DNA from: an uncultured delta proteobacterium
GTDB taxonomy: Bacteria > Desulfobacterota > Desulfomonilia > Desulfomonilales > Desulfomonilaceae
Length of the DNA stretch: 64,000 nucleotides
Direction of reading: 5' to 3'
NCBI GenBank assembly: GCA_963789265.1
Contig: CAWBKB010000006.1
Span: 96,001 to 160,000 of the forward strand
Both the position numbers and the translations under genes were made by a program. Below are positions 9,903 through 19,556 of the stretch, piece after piece. The notes beneath the pieces were generated by a model, which worked only from the letters and a program-made list of their open reading frames with translations, ran no database searches and was not told the origin of the DNA. The first letter of the stretch is position 1. Each line of letters begins with the position of its first letter.

Positions 9903-11261
9903 ATGTTTCGCCGAGGAATTACCCCGGGGTACGAGGTCCAACACGCACCGGAGCAGGAGCGAGACCGTCAAAAGGCGGCTCCTCCGTGGAAGGAATCTCA
10001 GCCGGAATGTTTGAACCGCTGTATCTCCCGCCGCGATTTTCTTATCAGTACAGGCATTTCTGCCGCTTTCATGCTGGGAGGAATGTCGTTAGCCAGGGCA
10101 CAGGGAAATCCCACAGAAAAGGTGGGCTTCCTCTTACCGGAACGCGGGCCTCATTCGCTGGAAGCGCGATCTTTGATCGCAGGATTTGAACTCTTTTTGA
10201 AAGAGAAGGGCGGGGAAGTCCCACCGGTTGAGATCTTGAAAAAGGATACGGGACCCGAGGACGAAAAAACTTTAGATGCTCTTGCAGACCTTCTGACGAA
10301 CCGGGACGTTCGTTTCCTCGTAGGTCCCCTATCGGCTAAAGGAACTGAACAAACAATTCACGGGGTGGGGAGTAGTAATGGGATTCTGTTCGTGACCAAT
10401 CCAGCCGTGCGCCTTGTAGCTGGAGAAATGTGCTTGCCTGGGAGTTTCCGGTTATGTGTTAATACTTATCAGGCGGCGCAACCACTTGCCTCTTGGGCCA
10501 TGAAACATATTGGCCGGACCGCATTCTTGACAGGTGACGACGACGCGGAAGGAAACGAAGAGGCCGACTTCTTCGCATACAGCTTCGAGAAAGCCGGCGG
10601 ATCATTTGCAGACCGAATCATGCTCTCCGACGGCGCAAAAGGGATAAAATCCGTCGTTGGGGCCGTGGCCGCGGCGAAATCCGACCTGGTCTTTGCCTCC
10701 TTCAAGAATGCCTCGGCGGTGGCTTTTCTCAAGGCTGCGCGAACTTCTGCCCATGCCGTCAAGCCACACATAATCGGCCCGCAATCTTTAACCGGGTTTC
10801 CTCACCCGCTTAGTGAGTTGGGGGAAGCTGCGACCGGAGTAAAGACGTTGACTCCCCTGAAGGATGCCGCCGGTTTCGCTCAAAAGATAAAGCGTCAAGT
10901 TGGCACTGAAGTCGCCGACGTTGCCAAGGCAGCAGAAGGCTACGATATAGCTGCCGCAATTTGCAGGGCCCTGAGCGGAAATGCCGGAGAGACTGACCTG
11001 TCGAAAATTATTAAAGCAGTTGAGGAGATTGAAATAGTCGGACCAAGGGGTAAAGTGCGCTTTGACAAGAACCACGAGCCACTTCTTGAGATGTCCGTTC
11101 AGGAATGGCAACGGTCCGGACAATCATTCAAACAAAAGATCGTGGAGAGTCTGGGAATCTGTCAGACTCCGGACTTCGGCTGTGGTCGTGTTGGCTTTCC
11201 CCGGAAACCTGAAGCCGAAGTCCCGGACGAAGAACCTGCTCAGCGAGAGAAGGGGGATTAG
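9903..11261 (+). CDS. Tat-exported LivJ/LivK-type (branched-chain amino acid-like) periplasmic binding protein, orphan
   Basis: SRRDFL twin-arginine motif, KVGFLLP..G, GPRGKVRFD. True start probably downstream of 9903. Confidence 0.8.
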   Translation: MFRRGITPGYEVQHAPEQERDRQKAAPPWKESQPECLNRCISRRDFLISTGISAAFMLGGMSLARAQGNPTEKVGFLLPERGPHSLEARSLIAGFELFLKEKGGEVPPVEILKKDTGPEDEKTLDALADLLTNRDVRFLVGPLSAKGTEQTIHGVGSSNGILFVTNPAVRLVAGEMCLPGSFRLCVNTYQAAQPLASWAMKHIGRTAFLTGDDDAEGNEEADFFAYSFEKAGGSFADRIMLSDGAKGIKSVVGAVAAAKSDLVFASFKNASAVAFLKAARTSAHAVKPHIIGPQSLTGFPHPLSELGEAATGVKTLTPLKDAAGFAQKIKRQVGTEVADVAKAAEGYDIAAAICRALSGNAGETDLSKIIKAVEEIEIVGPRGKVRFDKNHEPLLEMSVQEWQRSGQSFKQKIVESLGICQTPDFGCGRVGFPRKPEAEVPDEEPAQREKGD

Positions 11262-11303
11262 GAAGGCCCCGGTTTTTCGCCGGCACGGGATTCATTCGAA
11301 GTA

Positions 11304-11521
11304 ACTATTCACTTATGCGCGGGGAGAGATTGTCATTGCGAGTCCCGCCTCCAGCGGGACGAAGCAATCTTTTCCTTTAAGGGCCGCCTAGATTGCTGGT
11401 GGGACGTCCCGCACGGAACGCGGGATTGCCCGTCATCCCTAATAGACAGGCTGGAAGCCTGTCCCACCATGCACTCCTCGCAATGACAAGGTGCAGAAGA
11501 TCCCGTGCGGAAGTTAATAGT
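11304..11521. mobile_element. MITE-like element (ATTCACTTA-type TIR) with nested palindromic repeats
   Basis: TA|ACTATTCACTTATGCGCGGG ... CCCGTGCGGAAGTTAATAGT|TA, enclosing GTCATTGCGAG...CTCGCAATGAC. Confidence 0.7.
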
Positions 11522-11542
11522 TACCATTCGGAAATTCTTCAA

Positions 11543-11572
11543 TTGACAAGTTATGAGCCCTTTTGCTATTGT
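11543..11572 (+). promoter_or_regulatory. Putative sigma70 promoter for the Cys/Pro-rich gene
   Basis: TTGACA-18 bp-TATTGT with an extended TG. Confidence 0.45.
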
Positions 11573-11661
11573 GCGTTTTATACAGGGCGAGCCATCATTT
11601 CGGGGGTAGGCGGTACGATTTCCGACCCGCACCCAGCCTGCCTCATTAAGGAGTGTTTAGG

Positions 11662-12264
11662 ATGACAAAGCGAGTTCTCGTTCGTGCGTTACTGATCGTT
11701 GGCCTGCTGGCAGCATTTGGCGTAGGCCAAGTCTTAGCAGGAGGGCCGGTGTGTCCTCCTCCTGCCTGTCCACCCCCTTGTGCTCCGTCCATGCTGTGTC
11801 CGCCACCGATTTCGGTTTGCGGAATGGGACCCGCGTGTTGCCCGCCACCGGTCTGCGCCCCGCGCCCCGTATGCGGCCCGCCCCCTTGTGCTCCGCCCCC
11901 TTGCGCTCCGCACCGATGCAAAGAGAATCCGTTCGCTCAGTTGTGCAGGGGAGCTGTGGATTTAGTGGTAGGAGCGGTGACTCTACCTTTCAAACTAGTT
12001 GATTGTATTATAGACCACGGTTGTGGTCCCAGATGTGGTCCCGCACCGTGTGGTCCGATGGCCATGTGTCCTCCTCCTTGTCCGCCACCGGTCTGTGGGC
12101 CGCCAGTTTGCGGTGCTCCCGGTTACGGCATGAGAAGACCTATGCGATTCGGTAACCGTCACCATCGTGCCAGGAGATTCCTCCGTCCGTTCGCGAAGAA
12201 GGCTTCGCAGGCAGAGGCATTAATTGCCGACTCGTCTGACAGCGTATTCGGTCAATATTGGTAA
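11662..12264 (+). CDS. Secreted Cys/Pro-repeat protein
   Basis: AAGGAG RBS, signal peptide ending VLA, two blocks of C-[PGA]-P-P-x pentapeptide repeats flanking an amphipathic segment, own terminator. Confidence 0.8.
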   Translation: MTKRVLVRALLIVGLLAAFGVGQVLAGGPVCPPPACPPPCAPSMLCPPPISVCGMGPACCPPPVCAPRPVCGPPPCAPPPCAPHRCKENPFAQLCRGAVDLVVGAVTLPFKLVDCIIDHGCGPRCGPAPCGPMAMCPPPCPPPVCGPPVCGAPGYGMRRPMRFGNRHHRARRFLRPFAKKASQAEALIADSSDSVFGQYW

Positions 12265-12295
12265 TTGTTTTAAGTTGAAGATAATGAGGATCAGG

Positions 12296-12324
12296 AAGAG
12301 GGGACGCTAGCGTCCCCTCTTTTT
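12296..12324 (+). terminator. Intrinsic terminator
   Basis: AAGAGGGGACGC-TA-GCGTCCCCTCTT followed by a T tract. Confidence 0.8.
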
Positions 12325-12428
12325 ATGCCTCGGAAGCACTTAGGGGCGGGCAGGCACGCCGGCTCCAGCAAACCGGTAGCGGCGGGCCTCCGTGCCCGTC
12401 GTATCACTTACATGAAGATGAAATGGTC

Positions 12429-13217
12429 TCACCCCCACCTCTTGATGCGGAAGATCTTCTCTTTGGCAAGGTTGATCGCCTTCATGCGCTCTTCATCGCC
12501 TCCGGCTGAGTCGGGATGATACTGCCTCGCCAGTCTGCGCCAGGCTTCGATCACTTGTTGTCTGGTGGCGTCTGTGGCCACTTCCAGCACCAGGAAATGC
12601 TTCTTCAGAGAGTATTCGAAGGTACTGCCCACGGATCGGCGGTGACGCTCGAACAGCTCCGGCGGTATTCGGTTGTCCGACCTGCGCCGCCGCATTTCGT
12701 CCTTCCATCTCAGTGTCTTGAGCGCGGCCTCGAGCAGCCCCGAGAAATTGCTCTTTTCAACCTGATCTCTCAGCGTGAGCGGTATAATTTCCCTCAAAGT
12801 CTCGGCAAGGTCCCGGACAACGGCCAGTGTGAGGTGGCTCAAATGAAACGCAGTAGGTTCCGCAGGACCGACCAGATAGTGCAACTTTCGTCTGAACGCC
12901 ACCATTTCAGGATCTTGGCACTCAGAATGTTCGTAACAGCGCCCGTCAGAGAATTCCGGCTCGTTCGGGCATTGGTCGTACCCGCCATCAAAAGGCCCGG
13001 ACCATCGCGTGCCCAAGCACCCGAACGGATCCATCTTCACCACCCAGACGCCGTTCTCTTCATGGTGAACAAGCGTACACCCTTGTAGATCTCTCTCAAT
13101 ATGGCGAAATACCCGGTGGAGGCGGTAACTGGAAAGGTTAAACAATCCGGCAATCTTTCTTTTGGATGTACCGGGGCATTTCAGGATAGTCTCCAAAACT
13201 TGACTTTGCAGATTCAT
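12429..13217 (-). CDS. C-terminal J-domain protein with N-terminal HTH-like and Cys/His-rich regions
   Basis: AWRRLARQYHPD...MKAINLA J-domain at the C-terminus. Confidence 0.8.
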   Translation of the reverse strand: MNLQSQVLETILKCPGTSKRKIAGLFNLSSYRLHRVFRHIERDLQGCTLVHHEENGVWVVKMDPFGCLGTRWSGPFDGGYDQCPNEPEFSDGRCYEHSECQDPEMVAFRRKLHYLVGPAEPTAFHLSHLTLAVVRDLAETLREIIPLTLRDQVEKSNFSGLLEAALKTLRWKDEMRRRRSDNRIPPELFERHRRSVGSTFEYSLKKHFLVLEVATDATRQQVIEAWRRLARQYHPDSAGGDEERMKAINLAKEKIFRIKRWG

Positions 13218-13356
13218 CTGTTTCAAACTACTTCCTCGTCCTCTTCGAGATCGGGCAACAGATGGTCCTATTGTCAACCGTTGAGCATGGAAGATCAAGA
13301 CAGGGATCGGATTCCGATCTCAACTAAAAGGACTGACCACTCGATTATTTTTACGG

Positions 13357-14259
13357 CTATAAATCCCCCCTAATATGAATAAAATCTATAATGTTCCTTA
13401 ACTCAGGCGTCAAATTAGGCCAAGTCGATTCTCTTTCTCGGCAGTCGATGATCCGCAAGCTCTTTGGTGGGACCCAGGGGGACCATTGAATCGGGTCGCC
13501 GGCAACGAAGAAAACAACGGAGGGTATCCCTAGCCCCGCCGCAAGGTGGCTGATTCCAGAATCATTTCCCACAAAAAGCCTCGCACCGCCCAGTTGCTCA
13601 CACAACTCGACGATGGATTTGTTTTCCACAAGATTTGTACCCGGTCCGCGGACAAGCCTCTCCCAGTCAGGATCCTCTCTCAGGAAGCCATCCGCTTCAC
13701 CGGCAGTCACCACAAGCGATAAACCGGTCTCCGTATGCACAGTCTCGGCCAGGCGTCTCATAGTCTCCAAGGGAATACATTTCTTGGAGCTACCACTGCC
13801 GGGATGAAGCCAAACCAAGTCACTGTTCCCTCGCCGGGCCAGTTCCGCGAGGGCCGGTCGTCTCGGCGGAACATTGAGTCCAAGCGCTTCGTGTAGGCTC
13901 TCGACCACGTGTTTCCCTTGTGCGGGGATGGACGATGCGGTGAGTACCGACTTCGTTCCGGTTTTGGCCAAGTTTCTTGCTACGTCGTCGGCATTTTTCA
14001 GAATGACGTACACGCGGTTGAAAGCTGTCGCGGATTGCTCGGTATTAACCGATTCGAAAAGCCATAGCCACCGGGCAGCATCAATAGACTGGAACTCGAC
14101 GCCGGCCGGCAACAGGTCCCTATACGAAGGATTTCCGAGGAACGTTATCTTCGCTTCGGGATATTCGGATTGTATGGATGCCAAAAGAGGCAAAGAAAGA
14201 ATCGTGTCACCTAATGCGCCGGGGCGAACGATCAGGACTGTCACTGAGGAGATAGGCAT
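13357..14259 (-). CDS. Glycosyltransferase family 9 (heptosyltransferase-like)
   Basis: RPGALGD, LHPGSG, FVGNDSGISHLAA. Confidence 0.9.
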   Translation of the reverse strand: MPISSVTVLIVRPGALGDTILSLPLLASIQSEYPEAKITFLGNPSYRDLLPAGVEFQSIDAARWLWLFESVNTEQSATAFNRVYVILKNADDVARNLAKTGTKSVLTASSIPAQGKHVVESLHEALGLNVPPRRPALAELARRGNSDLVWLHPGSGSSKKCIPLETMRRLAETVHTETGLSLVVTAGEADGFLREDPDWERLVRGPGTNLVENKSIVELCEQLGGARLFVGNDSGISHLAAGLGIPSVVFFVAGDPIQWSPWVPPKSLRIIDCRERESTWPNLTPELRNIIDFIHIRGDL

Positions 14260-14287
14260 GTGAAAATAGAAGACTGCGATACAACCA

Positions 14288-15349
14288 CTAGTCTGTTCTT
14301 CCCGTTCTCAACCACTCAAGTATTCTCTCCGAAACGATACTGTTGGCCAACCGGTTCGGATGGTGATCTGCGCTACTCACAATGTACTTTCGATGATCGT
14401 AATCTTCGACTGTGGTGCTGTGTTCGATTGACTTGCGAGCCCATATATGCGGCATATTGTGCTTTGAGAATAGATCGGCAAGGAACTTGATTCGCCAATT
14501 CAGAGGCTTCCATGCCCTGTGCAGCCCCTCAAAGACCAGAAACACGTGCTCTAGGCCTCGGGTATTCAAGTCTTTCGATACCGTTAATAAAATGGCCTTG
14601 CCAAGCTCTTCCTTCTTGGATCGTTGGGGGTCGCTTGGACTATTTGCATCATTCCAGTCGGGGAATATTCGAAACATGACGAGTCGCCCCAGATAGGACG
14701 TTATCTCCGGTGGTCGGTCGGCAAAAAACTTGCGTTGGTCCGTCTCTATTGGGAGTCCTCGAAGATTCAGTTGTCCGTTGTTCACAACGAAATAAGGCTT
14801 CTGTCCTTGGTTCATTGTAAGGACGCATCTGTCAATGTCCGCGTCGAGAAGACTGAAAACGACGACCGGGTTGTGATAGAGTCCAATTGTCTTTTGATAT
14901 AGAAGATATATCTGATCAAGCCCGTAACCGCCGACGCCATAGTTTATCAGATAATATTTGGCCGAGAATTCACTGTTGTTATTCAAGATACCCTCAAAGC
15001 AATCCTCGGGAGGAACCGTGCATTGAGCAAAAGAATCTCCATAAAGAAGAACCGGGATTCTGGAGCCAATCTCGCTCGCCTGCGCGTGTAGGTAAGTGTT
15101 GGGCCTTATGCCGTGCTTTCTGTATCCCAGTAACGGATCATTGCGTACGGCAGGAGTGCCTCCGAAGGCAACCCATAATTTCCAGTATGTGTCGCTTGAA
15201 TCGCTTTCGGCATAGAGGCCGGGTGATTCCAACGGTTTCATGAAGGCAGGGCCGTGGAATAGTAGTGCTCTGAAAACGAGTTCCCCACCGACTAGTGTTA
15301 AACATACGGCCAAAACACTGACCGTCAGGTTGATAATTAAATTCTTCAT
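14288..15349 (-). CDS. Membrane-anchored SGNH-like hydrolase
   Basis: N-terminal TM helix, YGDSF, NYGVGGYG, DHHPN (DxxH-like). Confidence 0.7.
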   Translation of the reverse strand: MKNLIINLTVSVLAVCLTLVGGELVFRALLFHGPAFMKPLESPGLYAESDSSDTYWKLWVAFGGTPAVRNDPLLGYRKHGIRPNTYLHAQASEIGSRIPVLLYGDSFAQCTVPPEDCFEGILNNNSEFSAKYYLINYGVGGYGLDQIYLLYQKTIGLYHNPVVVFSLLDADIDRCVLTMNQGQKPYFVVNNGQLNLRGLPIETDQRKFFADRPPEITSYLGRLVMFRIFPDWNDANSPSDPQRSKKEELGKAILLTVSKDLNTRGLEHVFLVFEGLHRAWKPLNWRIKFLADLFSKHNMPHIWARKSIEHSTTVEDYDHRKYIVSSADHHPNRLANSIVSERILEWLRTGRTD

Positions 15350-15611
15350 GACGAGTCCTTCCCAAACCATGCAAGTTAATTGTCAAAGAGGTCCGTGTTT
15401 GGACTTATAAGGCAGTCGTGCCGTATCGGAGCATTTTGGGGAGCACAGAGCAATGACGGTTCTGTTTCCCCGAACCCGAAAAAGCTGGGAGGATGTCTGA
15501 CAAAGCCCACCAGGACGAGACCCTTGTCACTTCGTGCGAAAAGACTTCTTTCCCGGTCATCGAAAATACTTAACCGCACGCCTCGAATCAAGCAGCGAAG
15601 TGAAGGTTTGG

Positions 15612-16832
15612 TTAGAGTTTCCTGGCTGAAGCCCAGCGGTAGATCTTTTCAGCGGCTTGGAAGTGATGTGGGGTGTTGAGGACCACGATCACGCGTTCCT
15701 TGTTTTGGTCTTTAAAAAGAGCGACGATGCATCTGCCGGCCGCGTTTGTGTATCCGGTCTTGGCTCCGGCGACCGGTAAGTTCCTCGCCAATAGCCTGTC
15801 ATTGGATCTCAGCACGAAATCATGTGGGATGGCATTGCGCGTCCGCATGGTAAAGGTCCGCATTGCTGCGATCTTGCGTATGATCGGATGTCTGAATGCT
15901 TCCCGGGCAATAAGAGCGACATCTTCGGCGCTAGCCGTATTGGACCTCCGAGCTTCGAGACATCTGCCGCCTTTCCTACCCAACGTGATCCTCATATCAA
16001 GTCCGCTGGGGGTGTAAAGATTCGTGTGGGTAGCGCCGATTTGGGCAGCGCGCCGATTCATAGCCACCATAAACCCATCCCTACCGCCCTTCTGGTAGGC
16101 CCGGGCCAAAACCTCAGCGCAATCGTTTCCGGATTCGATCAGCATCCCGTGAAGAATATCGCGCACGGTGAGTAGATCTCCCGGTCTAAGCCCGACCCTA
16201 CAACGTTCCACTTGGGTGATATCGGCAGGAACCTCCAAAACTCTGTCCAGATCCATCTGTTCGATCACAACGAGGGCTGTCAGCAACTTTGTAATACTGG
16301 CTATGGGCAGGGGTGTGTCTATATTTTGTGCCAGCATGACCTTGTCGGAAGAACAATCAAGACAAAACATAGCCTTGGCACGTACGTGAAGCTTGGAACC
16401 GGCCCGGCGTGCTCTGGCGACCGGCGCAGAGAGTCTGCCCGGGATCTTCGGGGCACAAGGTACGCTCACTCTCGAGTGTTGGGGCGAGGAGTTACCGGAC
16501 TCCAAATGTGCCGTGCGGGTTGCGCGAAGGTTTTTGAGGCTCGGAGGCGCGGACGCAGGGACAAGACCCGAATGTTCAGCCGCAGCGCGTATGGGCGACA
16601 GCCGATGAGCAGCGGAGAGGCCCTTAGTTGAGACTCGGCCTGATCGGCGCTTTATATAAGTGCTCCGCCCGACGGCTCGGGGCTTGGACTGGATCACGAC
16701 GGCCTTCCCTTGACCAACCCTCTTGACCATGTCCTGAAAGGAGCTTTCAGAATGGATAGGCTGGAGGGCCCAAGCGTATGGGCCGCCGAGCAAGATTACA
16801 AAGAGACATATTAATAAAAGCCGGAAACGCAA
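15612..16832 (-). CDS. D-alanyl-D-alanine carboxy/endopeptidase (peptidase S11) with low-complexity N-terminal extension
   Basis: SxxK (ASITK), SxN (SGND), KTG (KTGYT), signal peptide, TTG start. Confidence 0.9.
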   Translation of the reverse strand: MRFRLLLICLFVILLGGPYAWALQPIHSESSFQDMVKRVGQGKAVVIQSKPRAVGRSTYIKRRSGRVSTKGLSAAHRLSPIRAAAEHSGLVPASAPPSLKNLRATRTAHLESGNSSPQHSRVSVPCAPKIPGRLSAPVARARRAGSKLHVRAKAMFCLDCSSDKVMLAQNIDTPLPIASITKLLTALVVIEQMDLDRVLEVPADITQVERCRVGLRPGDLLTVRDILHGMLIESGNDCAEVLARAYQKGGRDGFMVAMNRRAAQIGATHTNLYTPSGLDMRITLGRKGGRCLEARRSNTASAEDVALIAREAFRHPIIRKIAAMRTFTMRTRNAIPHDFVLRSNDRLLARNLPVAGAKTGYTNAAGRCIVALFKDQNKERVIVVLNTPHHFQAAEKIYRWASARKL

Positions 16833-17135
16833 TGATCCTCCACGGGTAAGAATGCACAGTGATGTGCCACAGGTGGCACTAATACTTCATAAAAGAGATG
16901 CAATCCAGAGAAATTATTTCCATACCCCATCCAAATCTTCGCCGAACAGTGTCAAGATATTAAAAATAAAAAATAAAGAGAAACTTGTCAAGGCTATTTT
17001 CGACGGAAAGGTAACCCCTAGTCATGCCGGGGACTTTTCGAGTCAGAGCCATTGCGATGAGTCAAATCCCGCGACTCGGGGGCTCGCAATGACAATCGGT
17101 TGACACTGACAAATGAATTGATGTGCAGAAAGTTT

Positions 17136-18429
17136 TCAAGGGTATAGCCTGTCCATCAATCTAGGGAATGCGATCGCCTCCCTGACATGGTGGATCCCGG
17201 CTATCCATGCAACGGTTCGTTCGATGCCCAGCCCAAAGCCCGAGTGTGGAACCGAGCCGTAACGCCGCAGGTCCAGGTACCATTCGAGCGGGCCGCGGTC
17301 GAGACCATGAGCATCAATCCGTTCCTCGAGCTTGTCTAACGAATCCTCCCTTTGTCCGCCACCAATGATTTCCCCGTAACCCTCCGGCGCCAAGAGGTCA
17401 ACTGCAAGTGCCAGGCGGTCGTTCGCGTCGTCTCTTTTCATGTAGAACGCTTTTACATCCGCTGGATAGTGCGTGACGAAAACCGGCCGGTCGAAAGCCT
17501 GTGACAGGACGGCTTCTTCATCGGCTCCAAAGTCGTCTCCCCAGTTGAAAGCCGTCCCGTGTTCCTTGAGTATTTCTACTGCGTCAGAGTAAGTGACACG
17601 CGGGAAAGGAGAAACGGCTTCTTCCAGGACAGAGGTATCGCGTTCCAGGACCAGAAGTTGCTGAGGACATTTCTCCAGAACATCTTTTACTATCCGGCAG
17701 ACAAGGGCTTCAGCTAGGTCTATGGTTTCAGGGAGCTCATAGAAAGCCATCTCCGGCTCTATCATCCAGAATTCAGTGAGGTGGCGGCGCGTCTTGGACT
17801 TTTCCGCTCTGAAGGTGGGCCCGTACACGTATATCTTCCCTAGAGCCATTGCTGCTGCCTCGCCGTATAGTTGCCCTGACTGAGTGAGATAGGCGGAGCG
17901 GTCAAAGTAGCCCACCTCGAAAAGTGACGTTGTTCCTTCGCACGCGGTCGGGGTGAGTATGGGGGCTTCCACGGAGACAAATCCAAGGTCATCGAAAAAA
18001 GCTCGAGCCGTATGGGTTATAACTGAGCGAATCTTCAGAAGAGCGGTCTGCCGGGAAGATCTCAGCCACAAGTGGCGATTATCCATGAGGAAGCTTACTC
18101 CGTGGTCCTTCTTTGAAATGGGGTACTCCGCGGCTTCGGAAACCAGCTCGATGTCGTCGGCCGCGATCTCGAATCCTAAAGGCGACCGCGGATCCTTCTT
18201 CACTTCTCCTCGTAAGATTACCGATGACTCGTACGGCACGCGGTCCGCCAGCTCAAATGCTCGCGGCGGCACCCGGTCGGCCGTTACGACGCACTGAACC
18301 ACCCCATGTCCGTCCCGCAATTGTACAAAACGAATTTTTCCCGAAGATCGGCGATTCGCCACCCACCCTCTGAGTTCCACCGTCTGCCCTTCGGTACTGG
18401 GCTATGTTATCTATTGAGATCCACTTCAT
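17136..18429 (-). CDS. asnS: Asparagine--tRNA ligase (frameshift ~18393)
   Basis: FRAEKSKTRRHLTEFWMIEPE, GEIIGGGQRE, YGSVPHSGFGLGIER. N-terminus MKWISIDNIAQY joins after removing one base. Confidence 0.93.
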
Positions 18430-18688
18430 GAACACCTCGAGGTTCTCGCTGTCGGCTATTTAATGGCATTGTGCCTCAGGTCGCGAGGACCGGTCAAGGG
18501 CGTAGCCGGCCCTAAGAGGCTGTCTGAAAACTGCTTTGATGTCGGAAACGTGCCACGATTATGTTGTATGCCCGGATCTTGAGAGAGCCTTCTCTCTCGC
18601 AACTCTGTCGATCTGAAAGCCCTCTTTGTTACCCGGAATGGGCGCTCCCCATTGCATACCGCATAAGGCTCTGATAAGAAGATCGTCA

Positions 18689-19507
18689 ATGAAAAGACCG
18701 AACTTTATCTATAAGCGCCGAAATACACCCACGCAGCGAAGATCCAACTCTTATTTGACGGTTTGCCTCGTGATTATCATGACTATACTCGCTGTAGGTG
18801 TGAGTCGGTCGCTCGCGGATCCAAACATCAGACCGCAGGATATTCCTGAGACTTTGGCAAAGAAAGGGAAGAATATAACCGCATTAAAATGCGTCATGAG
18901 TGTAAGCAGCATATATGATAGAGGAAAATCTCGCCAGGACATCAAAGGATTTCTCCTGTACAGGCGGCCCAATGATTTCAGATTTCAGGGAATAGCGCCG
19001 GCGGGTAATTCCTTGTTTGAGTTGGTCATCAAAGCCAATCTCTTTGAACTCTATGTCCCTACGGACGGAAAAATTATCAAGGGCGGAAAACAATGCTTTA
19101 GCCGTAGGTTTCCGGATGTCGCGGAAATTGAGGGCTTGATCCCCCTGATGCTTCTCCAGTGGAAGGACGTCCGTTTTGACAGGGTGCTACGAAGCGAGCC
19201 GGACAAGATCGTTATCCGCTTGGCTTTTAAGGGCCGCGTTTGGGGGGCCACTCTGCAACCTCAAAAATTGCTGTTGACTCGTCTTGTAAGACTCAGCCCC
19301 AGTGGTGATGTTGATCTGACGGCTGATTTCACCGATTTTGAATCGAGCAATAACGGATGGCTTCCCCGGCGCTTTGAAGTACAATCCCCACCAGGAGGCT
19401 GGAAAACGTTGGTGAGGATCAACAAAATCGAATCAAATCCGTTTTTGGTGGAAAAGAATTTCCAGCTCCAGACGACTTTTTCGACCAAGACCGAAGAATG
19501 TCGATGA
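18689..19507 (+). CDS. Periplasmic LolA/LolB-like fold protein
   Basis: Signal/anchor helix followed by a beta-strand pattern (LLYRRPNDFRF, LFELYVP). Start uncertain. Confidence 0.5.
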   Translation: MKRPNFIYKRRNTPTQRRSNSYLTVCLVIIMTILAVGVSRSLADPNIRPQDIPETLAKKGKNITALKCVMSVSSIYDRGKSRQDIKGFLLYRRPNDFRFQGIAPAGNSLFELVIKANLFELYVPTDGKIIKGGKQCFSRRFPDVAEIEGLIPLMLLQWKDVRFDRVLRSEPDKIVIRLAFKGRVWGATLQPQKLLLTRLVRLSPSGDVDLTADFTDFESSNNGWLPRRFEVQSPPGGWKTLVRINKIESNPFLVEKNFQLQTTFSTKTEECR

Positions 19508-19556
19508 AGTCACCCCGATGCCGCTGGGATTAAGTATCCGCTTCCGCTCGCTCCAA

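Noticed and set aside
11740..12120. CRISPR-like or tandem DNA repeat
   Set aside because: Repeats are codon-level Cys/Pro repeats with synonymous variation; no spacers and no cas genes.
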